NCBI GenBank assembly: GCA_010093605.1
Contig: MU004197.1
Coordinates: 992,001 to 1,056,000 of the forward strand
DNA from: Lophium mytilinum
Lineage: Eukaryota
DNA: 64,000 bases
Direction of reading: 5' to 3'
The stretch's first letter is position 1, and each line of letters opens with the position of its first letter. The notes below the pieces were generated by a model. The model ran no database searches, was not told where the DNA came from, and saw only the letters and a list, made by a program, of their open reading frames with translations. This document shows positions 26,235-37,745 of this stretch, piece by piece. The position numbers and the translations under genes are program-made.

Positions 26235-27604
26235 TCAGGAAGGCTTCGTACAACCAGCTGATGATGCTGAACTCGCCGAGTCGGGCTTGACTAATAAGGC
26301 TACTTTTGTCCCATCAACTTCAGCAGGATCAACGGTGAGCCAGTGTAGGACGCACACAGCCCAAGTCACTGTCAGTCTTGTCAGTAAGGTTCACTCAATT
26401 TACTGGCAGCTCAACGCGCATGGATGAGCAATTCGACGTACCATCAAGCGTGCAGCATACGAAGCACAACCAACCCAACTCCCTTCCTTTCATACTGAAA
26501 AGCAGGCTGATATTTGTAACGGTTGGCAACGATACCAAGATTGACCCAATTACCGATTTCCAGAGCAGCAGCTTGACCGACTTCAGAAAGCTGGTATTAA
26601 TCGGATGCAGATATTCTTGACTTTCAGGCCGCTCGCCGAACGACTCAAACATGCCGCCGAATCGGCTACTCAACCGCTTAATTCGATCGGAGGGGCTTGT
26701 CGGCAATGTCAGAAGACCGCCGAAGCTCAAGAGGGGCTTGAGAAGGTAGATGAATAAGAAAGTCAGTCCAAAGTTGAGCGCGGCATCATAACTAAGCAGT
26801 GGAGCCGTCACTTTCAATGGCAACCCGATTCGACACTTGCCATCAATCTCGCTCATGTCTGCGATAGGCCAAATAAAGGCCACAATGGCAATGGTACCAA
26901 ATCCAATACCAATTATGAACATTCCGCCGAGCCAGATCCAATCTTTCCGGCGGCTCACGAATACAGATCGCATTGCGTGCGCACGCTCGACCAGGAAGAC
27001 ATACCTTATTCGTCAGTTTTGCTTATAGCAACGATACTATAGAGTAGCAGCAAGCCGGAGTAGGAGAAAGGATCAAGGGAGGTCTTACATGGTCACTTTG
27101 TTGCCAACATAGAAAATAAGGCATGTGATGATGGCGGAACGGCACACTGGAGCCGTCGACAGACCTAAGCCAGTCTCGAGCACGGCTGCGGAGATGACGA
27201 AGGCAATTGCTGACAGGTTAAGCAAGAGCACGATAAAACGGATCAGGTTCATGGTTTTGAGGTTGTGAATATGCAACTGCTTGCCCCGGGCGCCTATACC
27301 TTGTAAGTACTGGATTCCGCTTCTTCAGTTGGTATACTCATTCCATACCAAGAAGCGCTGCTAGCAGGAACATGCATAATAGCGATACCACGGTATATAT
27401 GGTGCGAGCAGACGTCGCTTCTCCATACTCAACCGGCGGAAGATTTGCTGCGATGGGTGTCAATGATGATCGAGGTTGGATGAGGCTGCTCGACCCCGTA
27501 GATGTTGACTCAGAAGACTGAACCAGAGGAAAAGCAAGCACAACCGAACTCCAGAGACACGCAGCTCCCAACATCTCGAAAAGAGAAGGAAAGGCTGGTG
27601 GCAT
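26235..27604 (-). CDS. Multi-pass membrane protein with signal peptide, ~7 TM segments (GPCR-like topology)
   Basis: About 4 exons. Signal-like N-terminus, then TM segments TIYTVVSLLCMFLLAALLG, FIVLLLNLSAIAFVISAAVL, AIITCLIFYVGNKV|YVFLVERAH, WIWLGGMFIIGIG, CRIGLP...LSYDAALNFGLTFLFIYLL, VIGSILVSLPTVTNI and WLCFVCCTLD|VTWAVCVLHWLT. Confidence 0.75.
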
Positions 27605-29682
27605 ATCATAAGGGAAATCGGGCTGTGGCTGTCGGCATGGAGATATTGAAAGAGAAAGGTCAGCTGGCTAGCGCATCCAAACGGTAGGAATCCTAAGGAT
27701 TTTAAGCAACCGGCTCGCACTCCCATTTGATGCACTTACCCAAAAAGGGCCGCAAAAGGTCAAGACAGCAGCAGGTCCTCCCTCACCATGCATCCAGCGA
27801 ACGAACCCTCTCGCTTCCAGCGATACATTTCCAGCCCACCTCCCGCAGCAGTTGCGTCGAGCATGGTCGAGATTCGCCTCCCGCAAAAGCCCCATTTGTC
27901 GGGAGGGAGCGATCGGGCGGAGAAAGTCTGATCGCTCGCGGTGGTGGGGCAGGGCCCGGCGCCAGTTGCGGTAAGAGGCTGTAGGACCGAAACGCCATGC
28001 GGCGCAGGACGTATGGGCCGATGAGCACGCTTCACAGTAAATGGAAAATCTAGAATCCGGTTCTGTGGGACGGCCAATCCCATGTCACGATATCCTTTCC
28101 CGCGGCTGGTCAGACCATTGTTCAGCGCCCCAGACGATGCCGTGTAACAATGGCCAGCGTCATTCAGAGATCTTTGGGGGAGGACCTTGGCCTTATTGGG
28201 AGAACGGAGCAAGCTAAGCATGCCTCAATTGAGCACGCATGGCATACTTTGATGGTGTTGATCAAATAAGGGTGAACGTAATGGAATGCCGGCTCTCAAA
28301 CAGTGAAGCAGTTTGAGGTAGGAAATCCTCTGGCCCGGAAGCCGGGGTTTCAATTCAAGGGATCTGATATATCAGATCTTTCCCAGGAACTAAGCCGGGG
28401 CCAGATCGCTTGCCGTGGGAGCTCGTCAGGTCAGGTCCGATCTTCGATGGGCCGCGCCAGCCACCAGCATTCTGCCAATGGCGTTGTCGAATTCTTATGC
28501 GGTCGTACAAAAGCCCGCAAAAGCAACTTGGCTGGCGGCCAGCCGAGATTTTGGTGTGCTCAGTCTCACCGATGGATCAGCTGAACCGTGCAGTGACAGT
28601 GGCAAAAAAGAGGTTGTATGCACATATTATGAGTGAGAAAAGCCGTAAAATGGAGAGGAGTGAAAAGAGCAAGCTATCTAGAACCCTCAGAGAGCCATCT
28701 CGGGTGTTTCCGAAGATTTCGGCTAGATATCACAAAGTGACGACGGAGATGATCTCTTGGCTATGTGATGCTCTCCTGTGAGAAGCCCAGCTCCTCGTCG
28801 TTGGTGAAGGCTTCTGCGGAGCAAGGGGTCCCCGCATATTGTGGCTGCATAAGACCCGGTACCGGAGTTCGTCGATGCACTGTTTCGCGTCCAATAATAC
28901 CGTCGCTGAACAAGATTTCTTTAGTGCGAAGAAAGGAGCCGATACTTTGTACCGGGCATCATCCCTAACACTCTCACACGTAGTTCCCAGCTCCCTCTCA
29001 TAATTGCCGCGATGAAAATCGTCCATGTCCAGTCCAAATCTCATAGATCCCAGTCTAAGATGCTGGTTCTTACTCTGTAGGGACGAGAGTGAGGTGTGGA
29101 GGACCAGTAAGTAGGAGTGTGGGATGAGAGGCAAGGACTGTGACCCTGTTCAATATTTGCGTCTCCAATTTCGAAGAAGTAATGGAAATTTCAATCAAGT
29201 TTTACTATCATCAATCTTCCGGCTCTAATGGAGAGGCGATGTCATGAGAATCTGCGTAAAAAAGGAAGCCTCCTCCGTAGGCTCTCATAAGCCCCTCTAC
29301 CCCCCTTCCTAGATTACCACCACCCGGAAAAGAAGCAAAACCACGTGTGAATGACACGGAAATGGCAGCTTTCAACCATGCAACCCCCCTAATACATGGT
29401 CCACGGAATAACAGTCACCTTCTGCTTACTAGCTGCAGTTGCAGGCTCGGAATACAGAATAAGCTCAGGGACCTGGAATGATAGTAACGCGACGCCTTCT
29501 CTAATATAGATGAATTTCAGATCATTTCCAATTCGCCAGCTCGCCGCTGTAGTAGGAGTAAGCGTTATTTAAGTATAGCTCACGTTCCATGTTCCAACAA
29601 AAGTACATATTCTTGCAAAGTTGCCAGTTACAAACCTCTACACCCTCAAACATCCTACAGTACCCCATCATCTTCCCACACT

Positions 29683-30144
29683 ATGTCCGCAGCGCCGAGT
29701 GACGCCACTCCTACTCATACCGGCTCGTGTCACTGCGGTCACGTGACCTACACTGGCAGCTTCGATCTTGTGTCCGGCCATATCATCAAATGCAACTGCT
29801 CCATTTGCCACAAGAAGGGCTATTTCTTGCTTTCTCCGACGTCGACAGCATCCTTCAGCCTTCTCACTCCGACTTCCGAATCAGAGCTGGCCGACTACCA
29901 ATTCGCAAAGAAGCTGGTACATCACTACGCGTGTCCGAAGTGTTCCACAAGTGTGTACATAAGTGGATTTTTCGAGATGGGAGATGAGGAAATCCCATTT
30001 ATGGCGGTTATGGCGAATACGCTGGATAAGCGGCTTGATGGCGAGCCACTGGAAGACTTGCGGAAAGTCAAAATCAAGTATATTGATGGGCGCCATGACA
30101 AGTTGGAGTTGTTGGATGAGCCGTTCCCGGGTGGGGCGTGGTGA
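29683..30144 (+). CDS. GFA/CENP-V (Mss4-like) zinc-binding protein
   Basis: HTGSCHCGHV, CNCSICHKKG and HYACPKCST give the GFA family Cys pattern. Ends with IDGRHD...PFPGGAW. Confidence 0.9.
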   Translation: MSAAPSDATPTHTGSCHCGHVTYTGSFDLVSGHIIKCNCSICHKKGYFLLSPTSTASFSLLTPTSESELADYQFAKKLVHHYACPKCSTSVYISGFFEMGDEEIPFMAVMANTLDKRLDGEPLEDLRKVKIKYIDGRHDKLELLDEPFPGGAW

Positions 30145-30266
30145 GGATTCGAAGTCGGTTCGAGTTGCTCGAGGGCTCTCCTAGATAATCCTCTGTAGAG
30201 TTGTGCTGATTCACAGAGCCCAGAATTAATTTGCTGAGTTTTCGAAATCATGTCTTGACCATCTTC

Positions 30267-31175
30267 TCATCTTAAGCCCTCAGCAATCTCTCTGAGAGCC
30301 TCGATCACCGGCCCCGCTGCCTTCTCAACATCATACTGCTCCTCCGTCGTCATCTTTCTCAAGACGTACTTCACAATAACATCAGGGTCCCTACTCAACG
30401 GCCTCCCAATCCCGACCCCGATCCGCACAAACGGTGTCCGCCCCATTGAAGCAACAACACTCTTTATCCCATTATGCCCCTTTGCACTCCCCTCTCTTTT
30501 GACCGTGACCTCTCCCTTTTTCTTCTCTAACTCATCATGCAATACCACCAGCAATCCCTGCGGGTTCTCGCGCCTGAAAGCCTCCCACGCGCTCTTAACT
30601 GCCTTCCCGCTTACATTCATGAGCGACGGGCTCTTCCATAGCGTCCAGTTGTCGGCGACCTCCACCTCGTGCACTCTGCTCACGAATGGGATTATGCTGA
30701 AGTCCGCGGTGCGAATGGGTTCGCTGACTTGCCCACCCATGCGCTTGTTCGCTTTGAAGGGGCCGAAGCTGCGGATCGATCTTACACGTTCTAGGACGGT
30801 GTGGCCGGCGTTGTGGAGGGTGCCACCATAGAGGCCTTCGGGGTTGCCGATGGAAGCGACGAGTAGCGGGATGTTCTTGCGCGCGGCGGACATTTCGGGA
30901 GGTATTGTAGAGACTGTGGTCGATGGGATTCGAGGTTTCGAGTGGTTGATGGAGGCTTTGCGGGTACGCGTTGGCTTAGGCTTTGCAGCCTCGGAGTTAG
31001 ATTTTATTCTAGAGAGCGGCGACGTAATGGAAGCGACCGAGTCTCTTCGTTTACGTGCCTGGCGTCTCTCGCGACGGCTAGTAGGTGGGTTGGTGGATGG
31101 TGTTGCAGTTGTTTCTGATATTTTTTCTGGGCCTTCACGGCTCGGGCCGCGGGCTGGCTCTTGTGTCATCGACAT
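30267..31175 (-). CDS. PTH1: Peptidyl-tRNA hydrolase (bacterial-type Pth1)
   Basis: Catalytic motifs intact: SIGNP, TLHNAGH, SLMNVSG, VLHDELE, KGHNGIKSV, RIGVGIGRP. The start is uncertain (ATG 31175, or ATG 30893 giving MSAARKNIPLL). Confidence 0.88.
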   Translation of the reverse strand: MSMTQEPARGPSREGPEKISETTATPSTNPPTSRRERRQARKRRDSVASITSPLSRIKSNSEAAKPKPTRTRKASINHSKPRIPSTTVSTIPPEMSAARKNIPLLVASIGNPEGLYGGTLHNAGHTVLERVRSIRSFGPFKANKRMGGQVSEPIRTADFSIIPFVSRVHEVEVADNWTLWKSPSLMNVSGKAVKSAWEAFRRENPQGLLVVLHDELEKKKGEVTVKREGSAKGHNGIKSVVASMGRTPFVRIGVGIGRPLSRDPDVIVKYVLRKMTTEEQYDVEKAAGPVIEALREIAEGLR

Positions 31176-31550
31176 GGGGACGTCGTCGTCTCTTGCGCAA
31201 ATGTTGCTTCGAATTTGTGAGCATTGTGAGTTTAGGAGGTCCGGTAAGAATATAAGGCTTTGTCCGCGGCAGTCTGACTTGTCGGGTGGAAACAAAGAGT
31301 CAAAAGGTGCTTCGCCACAACCGTGGAACAATAGACCATTTGTCAGAGCGTATGCGTCATCAAAGGACAATGGCTATGCATCTAGAGGCCTAAAATCGGG
31401 TTTTCCAACAACTAAATTTATTATTCGAATCCTGTAGCCTTCGGCTTCCGTATTGGTAGGTCGAGGCTACGATTCAGAGTAATGGGAGTCATGGGAGTAA
31501 TAATAGACGATTCTATAATCTTACCTTCCTCTTTTACAGCTTCATCCTCT

Positions 31551-31741
31551 TTTACTCCCATTACTCCCATTACTCCCATTACTCCCATTACTCCCATTAC
31601 TCCCATTACTCCNNNNNNNNNNNNNNNNNNNNNNNNNNNNNNNNNNNNNNNNNNNNNNNNNNNNNNNNNNNNNNNNNATTACTCCCATTACTCCCATTAC
31701 TCCCATTACTCCCATTACTCCCATTACTCCCATTACTCCCA
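31551..31741. repeat. 9-bp minisatellite (TTACTCCCA)n spanning an assembly gap
   Basis: About 7 perfect units on each side of an N-run (~31613-31677). An inverted 2.5-unit copy lies at ~31477-31501. Confidence 0.97.
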
Positions 31742-32344
31742 ATCTAGACCCAATGTATCCAACACGCCATTCATAATTCCACGTTTTAATGACATTGTCT
31801 CAAGCCCTTCTATCCAAAGGCTCATGCTTAAATTGTTGCGATAGCCTACTATGCATCCCAATCTTAGTCCCCCTTGACGCCTGAACCAGAACTAGAACGT
31901 TATATGGACTCGAGAAGACCCAGATAGCTAGCTAGCCTTACATCTCTATCGCTTTGTCTAGAACACTCCCAAGTACAGCCAGAGCAGCAGGACAGGGTGC
32001 CGATTTTCCGTGACTTCATATCCATCTTTCATCCTTTCTACTGATTGACTCTGGCAGCGCAATTTTTGAGACGGTGAACAAATGCACGCTAGCCTTTGAC
32101 CAAACGTCAGTCGCAGTTTCCTGCAAGGTGACTCTCTCACCGACCTACTTCACCACTTCAACCTCGTCCACAACACCTTGCTTCCTACACTGCTGAAAGA
32201 CAAGACAAGGTCAGACGCTGCTGTTCACTTCACAAGTTAGATCCACAAAGCGCTCGCTGGGGACCTTGAGCGAGCGGCTTTTTCAGAGTGCCTACAGTTT
32301 CTGATGTCTAACGTTCCTCACCTAGTTCAACACCGTTCAAGACA

Positions 32345-32959
32345 ATGGAGGCGTCGGCGATGGACCGCGTCCTCGGCGTCACCGAGCTCCTCGAAAACAT
32401 CCTCCTCAAGCTCCCAATTCGCGATATATTCCAGGCTCAGCGAGTGTGCAAGCAATGGAAGACCCTCATCGACACCTCTCCTTCCCTGCAGCAGGCCATG
32501 TGGCTCGTCCCTCTCAGTCTTTCTTCACCGCCGGCCGAGTACGAAACTTACCCGTGTCCTGAAGACCTCCCTTTGTTTAGGCCGTACGCTATCGACAGGC
32601 ATATTGTCAAGACTAAACACCTCAACCCCGTCCTACCGCAGCGTTATGGCGGAGCCAAGCTGATGATTTCCGGTCTTCTGCTTCACTGGGAACCATTTCT
32701 GGATGCGAACACGCTCGCTATTCCTGCTGCCGACGTTGACAGCTTCAGTCCCGGTAGGAAAGGGTACGCTCAGGCGAACTGGGGGAAGATGCAGGTGTGC
32801 AAACCGCTAATCACGAATGCTCAGGCTTTCTGCTTCAGCAGGGTTGGGGGTGGATCGATGCGAATATCACCATTCATGGAGCTGCACAATGACACTGGTG
32901 TGACGATGGAGGATGTGGTGAAGGCGATTGCGGGATTGCAGTCTCGGCAATCGGGATAG
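32345..32959 (+). CDS. F-box-like protein (paralog of 13812-14584)
   Basis: MDRVLGVTELLENILLKLPIRDIFQAQRVCKQWKTLIDTSPSLQQAMWLVP, TKHLNP, WGKMQVCKP, HNDTGVTM. Confidence 0.8.
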   Translation: MEASAMDRVLGVTELLENILLKLPIRDIFQAQRVCKQWKTLIDTSPSLQQAMWLVPLSLSSPPAEYETYPCPEDLPLFRPYAIDRHIVKTKHLNPVLPQRYGGAKLMISGLLLHWEPFLDANTLAIPAADVDSFSPGRKGYAQANWGKMQVCKPLITNAQAFCFSRVGGGSMRISPFMELHNDTGVTMEDVVKAIAGLQSRQSG

Positions 32960-33293
32960 ACACGGTTCCAGCTTCCTCGAAGGCGAAATACCTATCCAAA
33001 CCTGGCGAAGAGGATACCAAAAAAGGGAGTCTCATCATAGGCATCCAATCCTATACAAACTCATTGAACCTAATTGACGACACTTCACTTCGTGACGCGA
33101 GGAAAACACGTGTATCTAACACCCAGAAGAGTAACTCTTAGTGTGATTGAAGCAAAAAAATGTGACTTTCATTTTCAATGGAGTAGAATCCCCTGAAATG
33201 CTGCAATCCCGGGGAGTTTATAGGCAGACATCGTCTAATCATTCATATTACCGGGTATAATCTGTCCTAAACGCCATTGATGCTATGCTAGAC

Positions 33294-34819
33294 TCATGTC
33301 TTGAGGGACCTACCCTTTGGTGTCTTTATCCTTGCAGGCCCTAGCCCCTTCCTCACCTCCTCCAGCTGCTCAAGTCCGCTCTGGTAGCCCATTTTCTTGA
33401 TCCGCTTCTTACCAGACATGGAGTGTCCACCAAGGAAGTCATCCAATATATTGTCAAAGTCACCTCGTAGCTGTGGCGCGTCACTGGTTCCTGATACACC
33501 AGAGTAGGCGGATATCTTGCTCATTCCAGACAGTTTACTCATGCCGGACATCATCGACGCGTCGTCGGGGAAGTCGTGATCTGCATCATTGTCTGCGTAT
33601 TCTTCTTCGATCTTATCGAAGCGCTGGTCGAGAAGAGAGAGACCTTCGGTTCGGTGGAGAGCAGAGGAAGTCATACTGTAGTTGGTGGTAGATGTGCGTG
33701 CACCTTTGCGTTTCTTGTGGCGCCCACCCGCTGTGAGTGCTGAGACACCTGTGAGAACCGAAGATTGGACGTCAGCTGGGACTGGTTTGGATGCTTTCGG
33801 AGCTTTGCCGTCCTTTTTGAATTTGTTGAATTCGTGCATCCAGGTATCGTCGCCCTCTCCCACCAGTTCGGGCTCGGCATCCGGAGCTGGTAGGTCGGCA
33901 ATGTCCGTTGGAGCCTTCGAAGTCTTTTTGTCCTTGGACTTCGGCGAAGAAGCCTTGATGGTGTCGTCCGTTTGCCAGCCTTCATCTTCTTCGTCTGGGT
34001 ACGATAGATGATCATCATTACCCTCAAAAACGTCCCAGCCTCCTACTTTCCACGCTCTGGGGTCATTGACTACTTCGTCTGAGGCCAATTCGGCGAATAT
34101 GTCCTCTTCGTCGTCCACATATGCCTCATCTTCGAGCGCCTCCAGCACCTCTCTAAGCCGAGGATCCATATCTGGCTGGAAGCCAGCCAGCGCATCCGGC
34201 ACATTCTGCTGGTCTTGATATGTAGTCTTGCGCACGAATTCCGATGGTGCCAGGTCCTCTCCGAATAGATCCCTCGCATCCCTGCTAATGCTACTGCTCA
34301 CACTGACACCCGCATCACTCTGTCTATCATCGATAGAAACAGCCCGGAGAGCATCGTCCAAGCTAACCTTGTCTTTCCCCTTCTCCTTCTTCTGTAGTGC
34401 CTCCACGAAGTAGGCTTCCCCGGTGCTGCCCAAATCCTTCATATGCTGCATGTAATCGTACTCGGTATCATCATAGAAAACGCCATAGTTGGCTGCTTCT
34501 CCCTCATTTGGCCTCACATCTAGCCCAAATTCGCTCTCCAAGTCTCCCCTACTCTTGATCTTGCTTCGCGTGGAAGCAGACGAGTATTGCGACCCCGCTG
34601 AGCTGGACGGGAAGCCCGAGTTCCAGACCCGCGTGTTTGGCGCTGCCGTCTCGGCGAAGACCATATCCGAGGCATCGGTGTCGTGAATCCGGGGGTCATT
34701 TTGGGCGCGGTGGACGAGGGTGAAGTGGGTGGCAGTTTTTTTGTCGCTGAACAGGGGTTAGTGGGGTTGCATTTCTATCTGATCCGGGCACAAACGTACA
34801 AGGCTTTCTTGCGAGGCAT
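33294..34819 (-). CDS. LTV1: Low temperature viability protein LTV1 (40S maturation/export)
   Basis: Spliced N-terminus MPRKKAF|DKKTATHFTLVHRAQNDP (intron ~34799-34747). Also NEGEAANYGVFYDDTEYDYMQH, GFQPDMDPRLREVLEALEDEAYV and YSMTSSALHRTEGLSLLDQRFD. Confidence 0.95.
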
Positions 34820-35052
34820 GTTGGATGAGTTTTTGGTGTCGACTAGCGATTACTTGATCTGACTTTGGTGTAGTGGAAGGGGGAGGAACTGTGCTGACAA
34901 AATGAGGGAGAATTTCGGGCGAGGGTCTAGAAATTTGGCGAGTGACGTCTTGTGGGCTGGAAAACTTCCGCTGTTCACCCCGCGAAGAGTTTGGAAGACT
35001 CACTCCTTCAGCATAACACCACCTTCAAAATACCGCCATAACAACATTCAAG

Positions 35053-37096
35053 ATGGTTTTAGCAAAGTCGAAGAACAGCGTCGGGCTGGGAAACAGCCTG
35101 ATGAACGATCGCTTCGGGAAGAACAAGGGCGCAGACATGCGGCGGGGTACTCATAATGCTGAGGCCATTCAGAGGACGGACATGGATGGACAGACGGTAG
35201 GCCTCATTGCATAGAGCATGGTGAGAACACAGACTGATCTTCGTGCTATAGTATCTCACCAACGGGAAGAAAGAGGCCTCCTGGGTCAAGATGCGCTCCG
35301 TTACTGAACAAGGTGCTCTCGACGAGTTCCTCTCGACCGCCGATCTGGCGGGCACCGATTTCACAGCGGAGAAGATGAACAACGTCAAAATCATTCATAG
35401 AGACCAGAAGAACCCATACTTGTTGTCGTCAGCGGAGGAGCGAACAATGGTCAAGAAGCACAAGGAGAACAAGAGTCGCCTGACAGTACCGAGGCGGCCA
35501 AAATGGGACGAGAAAACAACACCACAGGAACTGGACAGGCTTGAGAAAGCATCGATCCTGGACTGGAGGAGAGGATTAGCCGAGTTGCAGGAGACCAGCG
35601 ACTTGCTCATGACACCGTTTGAGAGGAACCTGGAGGTGTGGCGACAGTTATGGAGGGTTATCGAGCGGTCAGACTTAGTGGTGCAGATCGTGGATGCCCG
35701 AAATCCGCTTCTGTTTCGAAGTGAAGATCTGGAGAGATATGTCAAGGAAGTTGATCCGAGGAAGAACAATCTGCTGTTGGTGAACAAGGCCGATATGATG
35801 ACCCTTGAGCAGAGGAAGGCTTGGGCCGACTATTTCGTTGAGGCCGGCATTAATTTCAGGTACTTTTCTGCTGAGTTGGCAAAAGAGATAAACGAAGCTC
35901 GAGTTTTAGAGGATGATGATGATGGAGACGGGGAGGAAGAGGAAGAGGAAGAGGACGAGGGAACAGACAAGCTGGCAAAAGAAGCGAAGAAGATCAATCT
36001 TCAGGATGCCCAGGAAGAGAACGAGAAATGGGTCGATGAGGAGAGCGTCGGTAGCGATGACGAGTCTCTATCCGAAGAAGAGGAGCGTACTCGGATCCTG
36101 ACCACAGAGGAGCTTGAGGAGCTCTTCCTTGAGCATGCTCCCGAGATTGACACTGGACCTGGTCAACCACCACGCAAAACCCAGATTGGTCTCGTCGGAT
36201 ATCCCAACGTCGGAAAATCGTCTACTATCAACGCTTTGATTGGTGCTAAGAAGGTTTCCGTGTCCGCAACCCCCGGAAAGACCAAGCATTTTCAAACAAT
36301 CCACCTCAGTGACGCCGTCATTCTCTGCGATTGTCCCGGTCTCGTGTTCCCTAACTTCTCAACAACCAAGGCAGAGCTCGTATGCTCTGGCGTCCTTCCA
36401 GTCGATCAGCTTCGCGAATTCACAGGCCCGGCCGGTCTCGTAGCTCAACGTATTCCCCAATCCTTCCTCGAAGCAATCTACGGGATGAAGATCAACATTC
36501 GCCCAGCCGAAGAGGGTGGCTCAGGCGTACCAACTGCACAAGAGATCTTGGGTGCGTACGCTACAGCGAGAGGCTTCCATACCACCGGCTCAAGTAATCC
36601 CGACGAATCTCGCGCCGCACGTTACGTCTTGAAGGACTATGTCAAAGGAAAACTCCTCTTTTGTCACCCACCTCCCAGCGAGCCCGCCATCGACCTGAAA
36701 CACTTCAACCGCGAACTTTACGATGAGAGCCATCTTCCCGAAAAGAGGCGGGCTCATCTCGCTGCAGCAGAAGCCTCCTCCGTCACTGGCTCGGAAGACC
36801 CGTCCCTAATGGACGACATGGATCTCCCGGTTCGGCCAATCGAGGGCAAGAAGACATCATACATGGACAACAAGTTCTTCGGGCCAAATGGGAGCAATGT
36901 TGGGCATTTGCAAATGCCGTTCCAGCATGTATATAGCGAGCAGGGTCAGGCTAAGCAGCTGACGGGCCGAAAACAAAAGGCCATGTTGGCGCTCGAGAAG
37001 GGAGTGGATCCTTCGGAGTTGAAGCTGAACGGGAAGAAGCATTTCAAAGCAAACAAAAGGAGAGGGAAAGGGAAGGCGAGGGACGATTATGACTAG
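35053..37096 (+). CDS. LSG1: Large-subunit GTPase 1 (circularly permuted GTPase, 60S maturation)
   Basis: MVLAKSKNSVGLG, TPFERNLEVWRQLWRVIERSDLVVQIVDARNP, NKAD (G4), GYPNVGKSS (G1), TPGKTKHFQT, DCPG (G3). One intron near 35197-35251. Confidence 0.97.
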
Positions 37097-37745
37097 TTCC
37101 GCAAAGGTTCTGTTATGCATGGTTGGTTTCTATGGCGTTTGAGACAAAGCACGATTACCTGACAAAATCGTGCCACAATTCTACTGTTATTACTTTGTTC
37201 TTGAAACCTCTTCCGGAGAAATACAGGCAATGCAATCATTTGATTGAACATATACGTGTATAACTGAGACATCATCCGTCTCAATGCATTCAGTCTTGTT
37301 TAGAAAACCATGCCAAGTGACCAATACCTTAATATGCTTTCTGTATTGTGCGCTCGCTATGCGTCATGTATTCCACCAGAGGCCACGGGTTGGGTGAGCT
37401 TCAACGGACAAGAACTCTAAATTGAAACTAAGCCTCAAATATTGAGGCCAAAAACCTGTTCCCAGACCAGAATTGATGTGGAATGAAATCTTTGCGGGCC
37501 GCAATCAGCCATCGTCTCGATCGTTGCTGGCATGTGGGAAGTTGTGTTGAGGTGCTTCACCATTACTTCGTACAGCTTCCGACTTCGGCGAACCACGCCA
37601 TCACTAGCCGAAAACCTCGTAATTGCGACTTCAGTGCACCACGATTGGTCATCGCCAACATCATCTCACGGCCAACATATCGCCAGCGCGAAAACATCTT
37701 TCAAGACCAAGCTAGAGTGTAACGGCGGGATAGCAGCCCCTCATC

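Noticed and set aside
28730..29134. Minus-strand ORF with faint resemblance to a cytochrome P450 N-terminal segment
   Set aside because: Similarity too vague, and no EXXR or heme-binding FxxGxxxCxG motif nearby.
31421..31844. ORFs with MGV/PIT/YSH/SNG repeats
   Set aside because: These are translations of the 9-bp minisatellite and the N gap.
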